From: Actinomycetes bacterium
GTDB lineage: Bacteria; Actinomycetota; Acidimicrobiia; Acidimicrobiales; Microtrichaceae
Assembly (NCBI GenBank): GCA_037141255.1
Contig: JBAXCX010000001.1
Location: forward strand, 67-64,066
Reading direction: 5' to 3'
Length of the DNA stretch: 64,000 bases
Both the position numbers and the translations under genes were made by a program. Below, one piece after another: positions 27,564 to 37,959 of the stretch (positions within the stretch are counted from its first letter, which is position 1; the number at the start of each line of letters is the position of its first letter). The notes beneath the pieces are model-generated. The model saw only the letters and a program-made list of their open reading frames with translations, was not told the DNA's origin and ran no database searches.

Positions 27564-29696
27564 TCAGGGTCGACGCCAGAGCAGCAGCGGCAGCACGTCA
27601 GTAGCACCAGCACTGCGCAGCCCTTCGGCTACGACCGTCATGGTCCACCCCGAACGCAGATAATCATCAACAACTAGACAAGGGCCGTTGGGCAGATCAG
27701 TCCCGTCTGCTTGGCCGAACGAAAACGCTTGGAGCACATTTGCGGCCTGAGTGGAGGAGTTCTCCATTCGTGATTGCGGGGGTGCGTCGGGCTCTACACG
27801 TTGGACTGCTGCAACGAATTCTAACTTTCCAAGGGACCCAAGCGCCGCTGCAAGACCCTCCACGAGCAGCGGTCGGGTCCGCGAGGGGATCCAGGTAATC
27901 CAGGTAGGACGCTGTTGCCAAGGCCACGCTTTGAGCACTGCAGTAAGTCCGGCGATTAATTCCTGAGTGGGTGGCTGGTCTGGTCCGGAAAAAACTGGGG
28001 CCACGACCTCTGACCACCCCGGATCCGTGCCGAATGCGAGTGCCCTGCCAACGAGTGCCCGTTTGTCGGGAGCGATGTTGCCTCGACGGCCAGCAATACC
28101 TCGCGGCCACTGTTTGCGGGGCTCAATCGCCACCGTGACTCCTCGCAAGAACTCAAGCGCTGCTGCGCTCTCAAGCGGATTTCCCGAATCACTTTGGAGC
28201 GTTTGGTCCTGACCCGGTGCTTGGCCCGTGCAGTGATCGCAGCGACCGCAGTCTGTAGCTGCCAGATCATCAAGTTGCTCTCGCAAGAATCGCAATCGGC
28301 AACCTGGGGACTGCTGATAGTCGCGCATGGCACCCTGTTCGCTTCGGCGCGCAGCGGCGAGTTGCTCATAGCGTTCGGTGTCGTACTCCCAGAGGTTCTC
28401 GGTTTTTCGCCAGCGTGAACCCTCAAAATCGACTGCACCCTCAACGTCAAGAACTTTGAGTAGCGCCTCTAGGCGACCTCGACGAAGGTTCACCAGCGCC
28501 TCAAGCTCCATCACGGTAAGGGGGCCCTCTGAGCCAAGAACGGTGAGTACCTGTTCAACCACTGCTTGTGGCGGCATAGCAGTAGAGGCAAAATAGGCCC
28601 AGATATCCTCTTCGGTGCTCGTTGGCAGCAGCACAACCTGAGCCTGAACCAGCCCGCGCCCAGCGCGGCCGACTTGCTGGTAATAGGCAATCGGAGAAGA
28701 TGGTGAGCCAAGGTGAATCACATATGCCAGCCGAGGATTGTCGTAACCCATCCCGAGCGCCGAGGTGGCAACCACACAGGTAAGCGAACCGTCATCAAGC
28801 GCTGCTTCAGTCGCCTCACGCTCAGCAGTGGGAGTGCTTCCGGTATAGGACTGAACCGATACTCCCGTACTGGCCAAAAACGCAGCAGTTCGCTCGGCTT
28901 CTGACACCGTGAGGCAGTACACAAAACCCGGGCCGGAATGAGACTGAACCCAACTTGCAATCCAGGCCAGGCGTTCGGCGGCAGTAGCAATCTTCAACAC
29001 GTAAAGATGCAGGGTTGGTCGATCTAGAGAGCCGCGAAACGTGAGCGTATTACTACCAATCTGTGCAGCAACATCAGCCCCGACTCGGTGGTTTGCCGTG
29101 GCGGTTGCCGCCAGTACCGGCGTGTCAGGAGCCAAGCCAGATAACACGTCTGCGATGCGGCGATAATCGGGCCGAAAGTCATGACCCCAATCAGAGATGC
29201 AATGCGCCTCGTCTATCACGAGAAGGCCAATTCTTGCTGCAAGACTGGGTAACACATCTTGTCGAAATCGGGGGTTATTGAGCCGCTCCGGTGAGATCAG
29301 CAACACATCTACCTGATCGCTGCGAATCAGTTGCTCGATTGACTGCCAATCCTCACTGTTCGAAGAGTTGATGGTGACTGCTCGGATTCCTGCGCGCTCG
29401 GCTGCTGCCACTTGGTTACGCATGAGTGCCAGAAGCGGCGACACCACCAAGGTGGGACCCGAGCCCGCTTGGCGCAAAAGTTGCGTCGCAATCCAATACA
29501 CCGCTGACTTCCCCCAGCCCGTGGCCTGCACCAACAGAACCCTGCGGTGATTCTGAACAAGCTCAACAATTGCTTCAAGCTGATCTGCCCGCAGGGTTGC
29601 TTCGGGGCCAGCTAAGTCTCTGAGTAGCCGCGAGGCTGCTCGCTCGAAGGGCTCGACTCCCAAGGACTCTGCTTCGAAGCTCAGCGCGTTCCCCAC
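27564..29696 (-). CDS. RecQ-like helicase with C-terminal PRTase-like domain (RqlH-type)
   Basis: TGWGKS, DEAH, ATSALGMG, QQVGRAGR, Zn motif C...CGRCDHC, LVVDDYLRSGWT. Start uncertain. Confidence 0.88.
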   Translation of the reverse strand: MGNALSFEAESLGVEPFERAASRLLRDLAGPEATLRADQLEAIVELVQNHRRVLLVQATGWGKSAVYWIATQLLRQAGSGPTLVVSPLLALMRNQVAAAERAGIRAVTINSSNSEDWQSIEQLIRSDQVDVLLISPERLNNPRFRQDVLPSLAARIGLLVIDEAHCISDWGHDFRPDYRRIADVLSGLAPDTPVLAATATANHRVGADVAAQIGSNTLTFRGSLDRPTLHLYVLKIATAAERLAWIASWVQSHSGPGFVYCLTVSEAERTAAFLASTGVSVQSYTGSTPTAEREATEAALDDGSLTCVVATSALGMGYDNPRLAYVIHLGSPSSPIAYYQQVGRAGRGLVQAQVVLLPTSTEEDIWAYFASTAMPPQAVVEQVLTVLGSEGPLTVMELEALVNLRRGRLEALLKVLDVEGAVDFEGSRWRKTENLWEYDTERYEQLAAARRSEQGAMRDYQQSPGCRLRFLREQLDDLAATDCGRCDHCTGQAPGQDQTLQSDSGNPLESAAALEFLRGVTVAIEPRKQWPRGIAGRRGNIAPDKRALVGRALAFGTDPGWSEVVAPVFSGPDQPPTQELIAGLTAVLKAWPWQQRPTWITWIPSRTRPLLVEGLAAALGSLGKLEFVAAVQRVEPDAPPQSRMENSSTQAANVLQAFSFGQADGTDLPNGPCLVVDDYLRSGWTMTVVAEGLRSAGATDVLPLLLWRRP

Positions 29697-30136
29697 TGAT
29701 ACGTCTGCTTTCGTAGGCTGAGATACATGATCGTCTCGGTAGACAACACGCCAGGAATCTGGCGTATTTGATCGTTGAGAAGAGCGAACAACGCGTCGTC
29801 ATCGCTGACAACTACCTCGGCAAGAAGGTCAACCGACCCAGCAGTCACTACTAGGTAATCCACTTCTACAATTTTTTCTAGCTGATCGGCAACGTCTCGA
29901 ACGTTTCCATCAACCTTGATGAGCACCATTGCTTGGCGACTCAATCCGAGTTGCATCGGATCTGTTACCGCAACAATCTGCATGGCCTGCTGATCGAGCA
30001 TGCGCTGAACCCGTTGGCGAACTGCAGCCTCGGACAGACCAACCTCTTTTGCTAACTGCGTATACGGACGACGCCCATCGCGTTGCAGCAGACGCAGCAA
30101 TGCACGATCAAGAGCATCAAGAGATTGTGACGGCAT
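29681..30136 (-). CDS. Lrp/AsnC family regulator
   Basis: LQRDGRRPYTQLAKEVGLSEAAVRQRV; ATG 30136 with a GGGAGG RBS. Confidence 0.92.
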   Translation of the reverse strand: MPSQSLDALDRALLRLLQRDGRRPYTQLAKEVGLSEAAVRQRVQRMLDQQAMQIVAVTDPMQLGLSRQAMVLIKVDGNVRDVADQLEKIVEVDYLVVTAGSVDLLAEVVVSDDDALFALLNDQIRQIPGVLSTETIMYLSLRKQTYQWGTR

Positions 30137-30205
30137 TAAATCCTCCCTTCCAACGAGCACCAGAAGCAACACGCTAGCGAACAACTCCGGCAAGAATCGC
30201 CAGAG

Positions 30206-31621
30206 TTAATGACCGCCAGTAAACAAGCTCATTGCCCGATCGGCAACGGTTGCTGGCCTGCGGCGCCGCCGCTCGGAGGAATCGGCAAAGCCTGCAAGGC
30301 GCCGGCCAGCTTCTACACCGAGCCACCTGAGTGGTTCCGGCTCCCATTGGCGCGATACATGACCAACCCAGGGCAGATGTACCAATTCGGAGTCAACTCC
30401 CAGCACCAAATCCGCCAAGGTACGACCGGCCAGATTGGTTGTAGATAATCCGTCTCCTACATAGCCACCAGCAGATCCCAAGCCGCTGGCGGGATTGAAA
30501 TGGATCGAGGCTGTCCAATCGCGTGGCACTGCGAGCGGGCCACCCCAAGAATGCGTTATGACGGCATCTTTCGTGACCGGAAACAGTTCATGAAGAACCG
30601 AGGCGAGGGATGCAAATATTCCCGAATCAGAATCGAATCGGTCCTGCACTGCAGAACCAAAGTGGTAAGGAGCACCGCGACCACCAAAGGCAAAGCGGCC
30701 ATCGGCTGTTCGTTGGCCATAGATCAACAAATGCCGGCCGTCCGTAAATGTCTCACGCGAAGCCAATCCGATCTCTTGCCACATCTCAGGTGATAATGGC
30801 TCGGTGGCAATCATGAGCGAGTAGAGGGGTAAAACCTTGCGCCGCTGTTGTGGCATCAGTGGGGTATAGCCCTCGAGGCATTGCAGAACTACCTCGGCGG
30901 CGACTGAGCCCTGATTTGTCTGCACCTTTCGGGGGTTGATCGAGGTCACCCTGCTGCGTTCATAGATTTTCACCCCAGCAGATTCAACACCTCTAGCCAA
31001 ACCGCGAACTAGTTTCGCCGGCTGCACCGCTGCACAATGCGGGGTGAACACTGCACCCAAAACACCTGGAACTCGAACGCGCTCTGCAACCTGCTCTGTT
31101 GTCAGCCAACGAGAATCCTCATTGCCAAACCCCCAAGACCGCTGATGCTCAACTTGGGCCTGCAAACGTGGCACGTGTGCCGGGTTCGTGGCCAAAGATA
31201 AGGTTCCGCCACGAGCAAAGTCTGCTTGAATCCCTAGCTCGGTTACGGTGCGCTCAACCTCGCTGACGGTGTCGATCATTGCCCGAAATTGAGCAGTGGC
31301 ACTTGCCCGCTTACCTGCAGGCGACGGGCTCTTACTGATTTCGGCTAGCTGATCCAAAGATGCTGGAAACAGTGCCGAACACCAACCGCCGTTGCGGCCG
31401 GAGGCACCAAAACCACATATCTCGGCTTCGAGTACCACAATGCGAAGCCCTGGGGACTGAGCGTTAAGATAGTGCGCAGCCCACAGGCCAGTGAGGCCAC
31501 CGCCCACGATGACCACATCGGCGGACGCGTTCTCAGACAGAGAAGCCCGCGGGCTGAGGTCATCCCCACAAGAGTCCAGCCAGAAACTCCGAGAGCGGTA
31601 CTCGCTCAGCGCGTTGCCCAC
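30206..31621 (-). CDS. FAD-dependent oxidoreductase (DAO family; putative amine oxidase)
   Basis: VGGGLTG, GFGASGRNGG, WGGP, WEPEPLRW; polyamine context. Confidence 0.85.
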   Translation of the reverse strand: MGNALSEYRSRSFWLDSCGDDLSPRASLSENASADVVIVGGGLTGLWAAHYLNAQSPGLRIVVLEAEICGFGASGRNGGWCSALFPASLDQLAEISKSPSPAGKRASATAQFRAMIDTVSEVERTVTELGIQADFARGGTLSLATNPAHVPRLQAQVEHQRSWGFGNEDSRWLTTEQVAERVRVPGVLGAVFTPHCAAVQPAKLVRGLARGVESAGVKIYERSRVTSINPRKVQTNQGSVAAEVVLQCLEGYTPLMPQQRRKVLPLYSLMIATEPLSPEMWQEIGLASRETFTDGRHLLIYGQRTADGRFAFGGRGAPYHFGSAVQDRFDSDSGIFASLASVLHELFPVTKDAVITHSWGGPLAVPRDWTASIHFNPASGLGSAGGYVGDGLSTTNLAGRTLADLVLGVDSELVHLPWVGHVSRQWEPEPLRWLGVEAGRRLAGFADSSERRRRRPATVADRAMSLFTGGH

Positions 31622-31623
31622 CG

Positions 31624-32991
31624 TTAGCGCGTCAACTCGGCCGCAAACTCGGCGAACGCATGCACGTAGCGATCAATGTCTTCGTCCTCATGTTGCACCG
31701 AGAGAGTCCATTGCTCTTCGTCTCCCGGAGTCATGAACACGCCACGGTTAACCATCCACGGGTAGCTGGCCTCATAGATACTCAGATCAGTTTCCAGAAA
31801 ATCTCGGTAGCTGGTCAAGGGTTGCGAGCGGTATGAGACGCACCCTTTGCAGCCAAGATCTACCGTATGAGCCGGGAGTTGGTACTCATCAATGATCGAT
31901 TGAATCCCACTCGCTAGGCGAGCCCCGAGCCTGTCGAACTTTGCATAAGCCTCGGCGGTGAGAACCTGCGTGAGTGTTGCGAGTCCTGCAGCTACCGAAA
32001 GTGGGTTGCCGTTGTAGGTGCCCTGATGTGCCGCACCTTGATTGATCTGATCCATGATGTCGGCCCGGCCACCGAATGCCCCAAGCGGAGTGCCTCCACC
32101 GATAGATTTTGCCCAGCAGGCTAGGTCGGCCTCAACCCCAAATCTTTGCTGAGCGCCACCCTCGGCGATGGTTCCGCCACACTTCACCTCATCAAAGATC
32201 AGGATGACGCCGTAACGGGTGCAGATCTCACGCACTTGTTCTAGGTACCCGGGCTGCGGAACCACGATCCCGATGTTCATCATCACTGGTTCCATGATGA
32301 GCGCCGCAATCTGGTTACCCTCGGTCTCGAACAGGCGCTCGAGTGCAGGTGCGTCATTAAATGGCACCACACGAATCCACTGAGACATTCCAGCGGGCAC
32401 GCCCTTGGACTTGGGAGTAGCAACCGGTGCATCGCGTCCACCCATCACGTCGGCCCCGGGCAACACCGAATACATCAGTTGGTCTACGTGGCCGTGATAG
32501 GAGCCTTCGATTTTGGCAATGACATCGCGGCCCGTGGCGGCACGAGCAACGCGAATAGCCGTGCTCGTGGACTCTGTGCCGGAGTTTGTAAATCTCACTT
32601 GGTCAACCGAGAAGCGTCTGCAGAGTTCCTCTGCCAGCGCAACAGTATTTTCTACCGTGACTGCAAAGTGCGTTCCCGACTGAGCCGCAGTGGTAATCGC
32701 TTCGACAACCACGGGGTGGGCGTGGCCAACCGCCATGGTCCCAAACCCGTTGTGAAAGTCAACGTATTCATTGTTGTCCACATCCCAGACCTGGGCACCC
32801 TTGCCATTTCGCAAATACACCGGGTAGGGGTCACCCAACTGAAAGCTTGATGCAACCCCTCCTGGCATCGAGTGAAGCGCTCGCTCATAGAGCGCCTTTG
32901 ATGCTGCGGTGCGAGCGAGAAGTTTGGGCATCTCCTCAGCCGCAATCTGCCGAGCTCGCGCACTGAATTCACTTTCAACTGAGGAGCTCAC
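31624..32991 (-). CDS. Class III PLP aminotransferase (GSAM-like fold)
   Basis: MPGGVASS, FTNSGTE, GSYHG, LIFDEVK, WAKSIGGG, HQGTYNGNP; GTGA overlap with the ALDH. Confidence 0.88.
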   Translation of the reverse strand: MSSSVESEFSARARQIAAEEMPKLLARTAASKALYERALHSMPGGVASSFQLGDPYPVYLRNGKGAQVWDVDNNEYVDFHNGFGTMAVGHAHPVVVEAITTAAQSGTHFAVTVENTVALAEELCRRFSVDQVRFTNSGTESTSTAIRVARAATGRDVIAKIEGSYHGHVDQLMYSVLPGADVMGGRDAPVATPKSKGVPAGMSQWIRVVPFNDAPALERLFETEGNQIAALIMEPVMMNIGIVVPQPGYLEQVREICTRYGVILIFDEVKCGGTIAEGGAQQRFGVEADLACWAKSIGGGTPLGAFGGRADIMDQINQGAAHQGTYNGNPLSVAAGLATLTQVLTAEAYAKFDRLGARLASGIQSIIDEYQLPAHTVDLGCKGCVSYRSQPLTSYRDFLETDLSIYEASYPWMVNRGVFMTPGDEEQWTLSVQHEDEDIDRYVHAFAEFAAELTR

Positions 32992-34427
32992 CACTTCACC
33001 ATCACATGCTTGAGTTCGGTGTAGTGCTCAATTGCGTATTGGCTCATGTCTTTTCCGTAGCCTGACTGTTTGAACCCACCATGGGGCATCTCTGGAACAA
33101 GTGGAATGTGATCATTGACCCAGACGGTGCCAAAGCGCAGTCGCGCGCTTGCCTGCATCGCAGTTCCAACATCAGAAGTAAACACAGATGCCGCCAGGCC
33201 ATAATCACTGTCATTTGCCATCTGGATTGCTTGCTCTACGCTGCTGGCTCTTTGCACGGTCACAACCGGCCCAAACACTTCGCGCTGCACAATCTCTGAG
33301 CGCTGATCGACTCCGACCAGAACAGATGGCTCGTAGTAGAACCCGTCACCTGACCGGGTCGCCCCGCCCGTTACGGCAACCGCGCCCTCGGCACAGGCAC
33401 GCTCAACGAAGCCACTCACGCGATCGCGTTGAGCGCGAGAAATCACGGGGCCGAGTTCTGTGGACTCATTCCCGGTAGGGCCAACAACGAGCGAGCGAGC
33501 CGCCTCTACGATTGCATCGACTGCCTCATCATGAACCCCATCGGCCACAATTACTCTTGCTGCTGCAGTGCAATCCTGCCCCGCGTTCCAGAAGGAGCCG
33601 ACCTTGATTGCCTCAGCCACCTGTGCCAAGTCAGCATCGTCAAAGACCAGCACAGGCGCCTTACCGCCAAGTTCCAGGTGGACTCGTTTGAGTGAGTCTG
33701 CAGCTGCTCGGGCGATGGCTTTGCCGGTACCTACCGAACCTGTTACCGAGATCATGTCGACAAGCGGATGGGTAGTGAGTGCCACGCCGGTTGTAGCACC
33801 GTCTCCGCACACAAGATTGAACACTCCTGGTGGAAAGACATCTTGGGCGATCTCAGCAAGCAACAGCGAAGACATGGGAGTGAGATCAGACGGCTTCAGC
33901 ACCACGGTGCAACCAGCAGCCAATGCTGGGCCGAGCTTCCATGCTGCCATCATGAGCGGATAGTTCCAGGGAGTGATCGAAGCAATCACGCCCACTGGCT
34001 CTCTGCGCAACATTGAGGTAAAGCCCTGCATGTATTCACCCGCAGCCTGAGTCTCCATCGTGCGGGCAGCACCAGCAAAGAACCTGAAGCAATCGGCAGT
34101 GGCAGAGATCTCATCTCCTGTGGCCGAAACTGGCTTGCCGGCGTTGAGCGACTCAACCGCAATCAGGTCCTCGGTTCGTGCCTCGATCAGGTCGGCCAAC
34201 TCGAACATAGCTGTTGCGCGCTCCAACGGTGTGGTAGCGCTCCAAGAGACAAACGCCTGTGCCGCGGCAGTAACCGCAGAGTCCACGTCCTGTGCATCCG
34301 ATAGCGGAGCAGTAAAGATTTCCGAACCTGTTGAGGGATCCACCACGGAACTCATCTGACCAGAACCTGATGGCCGCCAACCTCCCCCGATGAAGTTTTC
34401 GTTTCTTAGTTCCATATTTGGCATCAT
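32988..34427 (-). CDS. patD: Gamma-aminobutyraldehyde dehydrogenase
   Basis: PWNYPLMMAAWK, LELGGKAP, NAGQDCTAA, EVFGPV, EMPHGGFKQSGYGKD. Confidence 0.8.
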   Translation of the reverse strand: MMPNMELRNENFIGGGWRPSGSGQMSSVVDPSTGSEIFTAPLSDAQDVDSAVTAAAQAFVSWSATTPLERATAMFELADLIEARTEDLIAVESLNAGKPVSATGDEISATADCFRFFAGAARTMETQAAGEYMQGFTSMLRREPVGVIASITPWNYPLMMAAWKLGPALAAGCTVVLKPSDLTPMSSLLLAEIAQDVFPPGVFNLVCGDGATTGVALTTHPLVDMISVTGSVGTGKAIARAAADSLKRVHLELGGKAPVLVFDDADLAQVAEAIKVGSFWNAGQDCTAAARVIVADGVHDEAVDAIVEAARSLVVGPTGNESTELGPVISRAQRDRVSGFVERACAEGAVAVTGGATRSGDGFYYEPSVLVGVDQRSEIVQREVFGPVVTVQRASSVEQAIQMANDSDYGLAASVFTSDVGTAMQASARLRFGTVWVNDHIPLVPEMPHGGFKQSGYGKDMSQYAIEHYTELKHVMVKW

Positions 34428-34465
34428 TGCTCCCCTAGAAGTTCTAAGTTGCGTGCAGTTAGATC

Positions 34466-34484
34466 AGAGTTCATGCAGAACTCT
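34466..34484. promoter_or_regulatory. Inverted repeat in the divergent polyamine promoter region
   Basis: AGAGTTC-atgca-GAACTCT. Confidence 0.35.
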
Positions 34485-34574
34485 TGACGCTGCTGAAGCT
34501 AGTTTTACAAGAAAACCGTTGTAAAAGATTTATTTCTCTACTGATACCGCAAGAACTGGTATAGGTGAACACGA

Positions 34575-35780
34575 ATGACAGAAGCACTCGACGGCGGTGG
34601 GGGAATCCAAGGCAACAGTGATGCAGTAACTGCCGCCTCCGATGTAGTGATTCGTTTAGAAAACGTGGTCAAAAAATTTGGTGAGTACACCGCAGTTGAA
34701 TCTGCAGATTTTGATATTGCCGAGGGTGAGTTCTTCTCCATGCTTGGTCCCTCGGGTTGCGGAAAGACCACCACTCTGCGAATGATCGCTGGGTTTGAAC
34801 AACCCACCTCTGGGCGGATCCTGCTCGATGGCGTGGACGTGTCACAGACTCCGCCACACAAGCGCAACGTCAATACTGTGTTTCAGAACTACGCGCTGTT
34901 TCCGCATATGTCGGTGTTCGACAATGTTGCATTCGGCCTTCGCAACTCCAAAGTTCCCGAAGTTGAGGTCACCAAGCGAGTCACTGAGTTGCTCGAGATT
35001 GTTCGGCTACCTGAGTATGCGAAGCGACGCCCCAATCAACTCTCGGGTGGGCAGCAGCAACGCATTGCCCTTGCCAGAGCACTCGTGAATCTTCCCAAAG
35101 CACTGTTGCTTGATGAGCCACTTGGCGCACTTGACCTGAAATTGCGCCAAGCAATGCAGCTTGAACTCAAGCGAATTCAGCGAGAGGTGGGCATTACCTT
35201 CATCTTTGTCACGCACGACCAGGAAGAAGCCCTGACCATGTCAGATCGCATCGCGGTGATGACCAATGGCCGCACCGATCAGATCGGCACTCCAACTCAG
35301 ATTTATCACCAGCCCACCACTGCGTTTGTGGCTGGGTTTATCGGCACAGCCAACCTTCTGCCCGTTACGGTCCGAAGCCAAGAGGCAAGCACGGTGACGG
35401 TGGACTCACGCACGGGCGCACAGTTCAGCGTTCCGAGCGGTGACCGCAACTATCTGCCCGGATCCGATGTCACGCTGATGATTCGCCCTGAACGACTCGT
35501 CCCCAGTTTCGCCCCCGTAGATGGGGTGGCGGGCGGCAGTATTCCCACCACCGTGACCAGCCTTTTATTCCAAGGGCCTGTCGTGCGCTGCGAGGTGCAG
35601 ACTGATATGGGCTCAGCCCTGGTTGCCCACCTTGGCCCCGAGGATGACCCAGCGCGGCTGACAGTTGGATCCCGAGTCGATATGACCTGGGCCTATGACG
35701 GCGCCTACCTAGTGCCCGAGGCAATCAACCCTGAAGATGCCGGAATGACACCAATCGATACCGGTGAGGAAGAAATCTAG
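34575..35780 (+). CDS. potA: Polyamine ABC transporter ATPase
   Basis: [34 protein letters not shown]-terminal TOBE-like region. Confidence 0.88.
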   Translation: MTEALDGGGGIQGNSDAVTAASDVVIRLENVVKKFGEYTAVESADFDIAEGEFFSMLGPSGCGKTTTLRMIAGFEQPTSGRILLDGVDVSQTPPHKRNVNTVFQNYALFPHMSVFDNVAFGLRNSKVPEVEVTKRVTELLEIVRLPEYAKRRPNQLSGGQQQRIALARALVNLPKALLLDEPLGALDLKLRQAMQLELKRIQREVGITFIFVTHDQEEALTMSDRIAVMTNGRTDQIGTPTQIYHQPTTAFVAGFIGTANLLPVTVRSQEASTVTVDSRTGAQFSVPSGDRNYLPGSDVTLMIRPERLVPSFAPVDGVAGGSIPTTVTSLLFQGPVVRCEVQTDMGSALVAHLGPEDDPARLTVGSRVDMTWAYDGAYLVPEAINPEDAGMTPIDTGEEEI

Positions 35781-35819
35781 AGCTATGCCCAATTCCATTC
35801 AGACAGAAACGAGAGCACA

Positions 35820-37028
35820 GTGACAAATCGTAAAACTCGAATCCAGCCCTCTGCTACCCAAGCAACCAAGGCGGACCTGAGCAGGCGCAAATTCCTGGGA
35901 ACCTCTGGTCTGGCTCTGGGCGGTCTTGCGCTTGGCCCCGCGATCCTCGCTGCCTGCAGCGGTGGGAGCAGCAGCAGCGACTCCTCCTCTGCTAGCGATG
36001 AACTCTGGTTCGAGAACTGGACGCTCTACATCGATAAGCCCGATGGCGATTTGTACGGCAAGGGCGGCACACTTGACTCGTTTCAGAAGGCCTCGGGGCA
36101 GAAAATCAAGTACACCGAAGGCATTAACGACAACAACGAGTACTTCGCCAAAATTCAGCCGCTGCTGTCGAAGGGCAAGCCCATTGGCCCCGATATTTTT
36201 GCGCTCACCTTCTGGATGGCAGGCCGCCTCGTAGACCTCGGTTGGGTGGAAAAGCTTCCACTCGACAAGATCCCGAACTCATCAAACTTGATCGAGGCAC
36301 TCACCAAACCGCCATCGGACCCCACGGGTGCGTACTCACTGCCTTGGCAGGCGGGCATGGCTGGCATCGCGTACAACAAATCCGTCACCGGACGCGAGTT
36401 GACCTCGATAGACGACTTGTTTGATCCTGCGTTCAAAGGCAAAATCGGCATGCTGACCGAGATGCGCGACACCATCGGCCTGCTCGCAATGTCATTAGGG
36501 ATCGATCTCGCTAAGCCCACCATTAAAAAGTTCCAGCCCGCTTTCGACAAACTCCAAGAGGGCGTGGACTCGGGGCAGATTCGCTCGTTCACGGGCAATG
36601 ACTACATCGACGATCTTGAACAGGGAAGCTTCGCAGCCTGCATCGGTTGGTCTGGTGACGTCGTGCAGCTCTCTGCCTCAAATCCAAACATCGGGTTCTC
36701 GATTCCAGAGTCTGGGGGAACGCTCTGGTTTGACACCATGGAGATTCCTGTTGGTGCAACCAATGTTGCCGGCGCCGCTGAATGGATGAACTACGTCTAT
36801 GACCCAGTCAACGCCGCAAAGATAACGGCCGAGGTGCAGTACATCTCACCCGTGCAAGGGGTGCAAGAGGAGTTGCGCAAAATGGGCGGCACTGCCGCTG
36901 CGCTAGCGGATAGTCAACTCATCTTCCCTGATGCATCCACACTTGCGAAGCTTCAGACCTGGGGCAACCTCGATGACGTTCAGGAGCCACTCTTTGACGA
37001 AGAGTTCGCCAAGATCACCGGTGCCTGA
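35820..37028 (+). CDS. potD: Polyamine ABC transporter substrate-binding lipoprotein (Tat signal)
   Basis: SRRKFL twin-arginine motif, LAAC lipobox, NWTLYID, GWSGD, IPESGG. Confidence 0.85.
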   Translation: MTNRKTRIQPSATQATKADLSRRKFLGTSGLALGGLALGPAILAACSGGSSSSDSSSASDELWFENWTLYIDKPDGDLYGKGGTLDSFQKASGQKIKYTEGINDNNEYFAKIQPLLSKGKPIGPDIFALTFWMAGRLVDLGWVEKLPLDKIPNSSNLIEALTKPPSDPTGAYSLPWQAGMAGIAYNKSVTGRELTSIDDLFDPAFKGKIGMLTEMRDTIGLLAMSLGIDLAKPTIKKFQPAFDKLQEGVDSGQIRSFTGNDYIDDLEQGSFAACIGWSGDVVQLSASNPNIGFSIPESGGTLWFDTMEIPVGATNVAGAAEWMNYVYDPVNAAKITAEVQYISPVQGVQEELRKMGGTAAALADSQLIFPDASTLAKLQTWGNLDDVQEPLFDEEFAKITGA

Positions 37029-37040
37029 GTAGGCATCGTT

Positions 37041-37922
37041 ATGGCAGCAGACACGACCTCAGACGATCGCGGTCTCCGCAAAGGGAAGTGGGCTCCCTAT
37101 GGCCTGCTGAGCCCCGGCATTTTATGGCTGGTGCTGTTCTTCCTTCTGCCAGTGATGATTCTGGTTCGTACTGCACTGTCATCAAAGGCCACGCGCTTTG
37201 GCAATCCAGAATTCTCGTGGCAGTTCTCGAACTTCTCCTCGGCCTTCACGGATTACGGACCGCAGTTCTTACGATCCTTTGTGTTTGCTGGCATCGCCAC
37301 CATCTCGGCAATCCTCATTGGCTATCCCTTGGCGTATTGGATCGCCACGCGAAGCGGGAGGTGGAAAAACCTGCTGATCGGACTTGTGGTTGTTCCGTTC
37401 TTCACCTCGTACCTGATCCGCACGATTGCTTGGACCTCAATCCTGAAAGACGACGGGGTGGTACTGACCATTATCCGGGCAATCCCCTTTGTTCCTCAGG
37501 ACTTTCGCCTCCTTGCCACCCCGGCAGGCGTAATTGGAGGCCTGACCTACAACTTTTTGTCCTTCATGATTTTGCCCATCTACGTCAGTCTCGAGAAGAT
37601 CGACTTCCGCCTAACGGAAGCAGCAGCGGATCTGTACGGAACACCATGGCAAGCATTTAAAAAAGTGGTGCTCCCGCTTTCTATGCCAGGGGTGTTTGCT
37701 GGCAGCTTGCTGGTATTCATCCCGGCTGCAGGTGATTACCTGAACAACCGCTACCTGGGTTCTCCCAAGACCTCGATGATTGGCACCGTGGTGCAAGACA
37801 AGTTCTTGGTGCAGTTTGATTACCCAGTAGCGGCGGCGCTCTCGCTTGTGCTGATGGCGATTATTACCACCATGGTGTTGATCTATTCCAAGTTCCTCGG
37901 CACAGAAGGTCTCGCAGTATGA
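37041..37922 (+). CDS. potB: Polyamine ABC transporter permease
   Basis: PFFTSYLIR, EAAADL (EAA loop), multiple TM segments. Confidence 0.85.
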   Translation: MAADTTSDDRGLRKGKWAPYGLLSPGILWLVLFFLLPVMILVRTALSSKATRFGNPEFSWQFSNFSSAFTDYGPQFLRSFVFAGIATISAILIGYPLAYWIATRSGRWKNLLIGLVVVPFFTSYLIRTIAWTSILKDDGVVLTIIRAIPFVPQDFRLLATPAGVIGGLTYNFLSFMILPIYVSLEKIDFRLTEAAADLYGTPWQAFKKVVLPLSMPGVFAGSLLVFIPAAGDYLNNRYLGSPKTSMIGTVVQDKFLVQFDYPVAAALSLVLMAIITTMVLIYSKFLGTEGLAV

Positions 37923-37959
37923 CCGCGAAGCCTGCTCACAGACGAGGGGCGGTTCTGCG

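Noticed and set aside
31624-32991. Calling the aminotransferase hemL
   Set aside because: Context is polyamine catabolism with no hem genes; only the fold is supported.
34436-34446. TAGAAGTTCTA as a sixth KstR box
   Set aside because: It is 3 nt too short in the centre and sits in a polyamine promoter.
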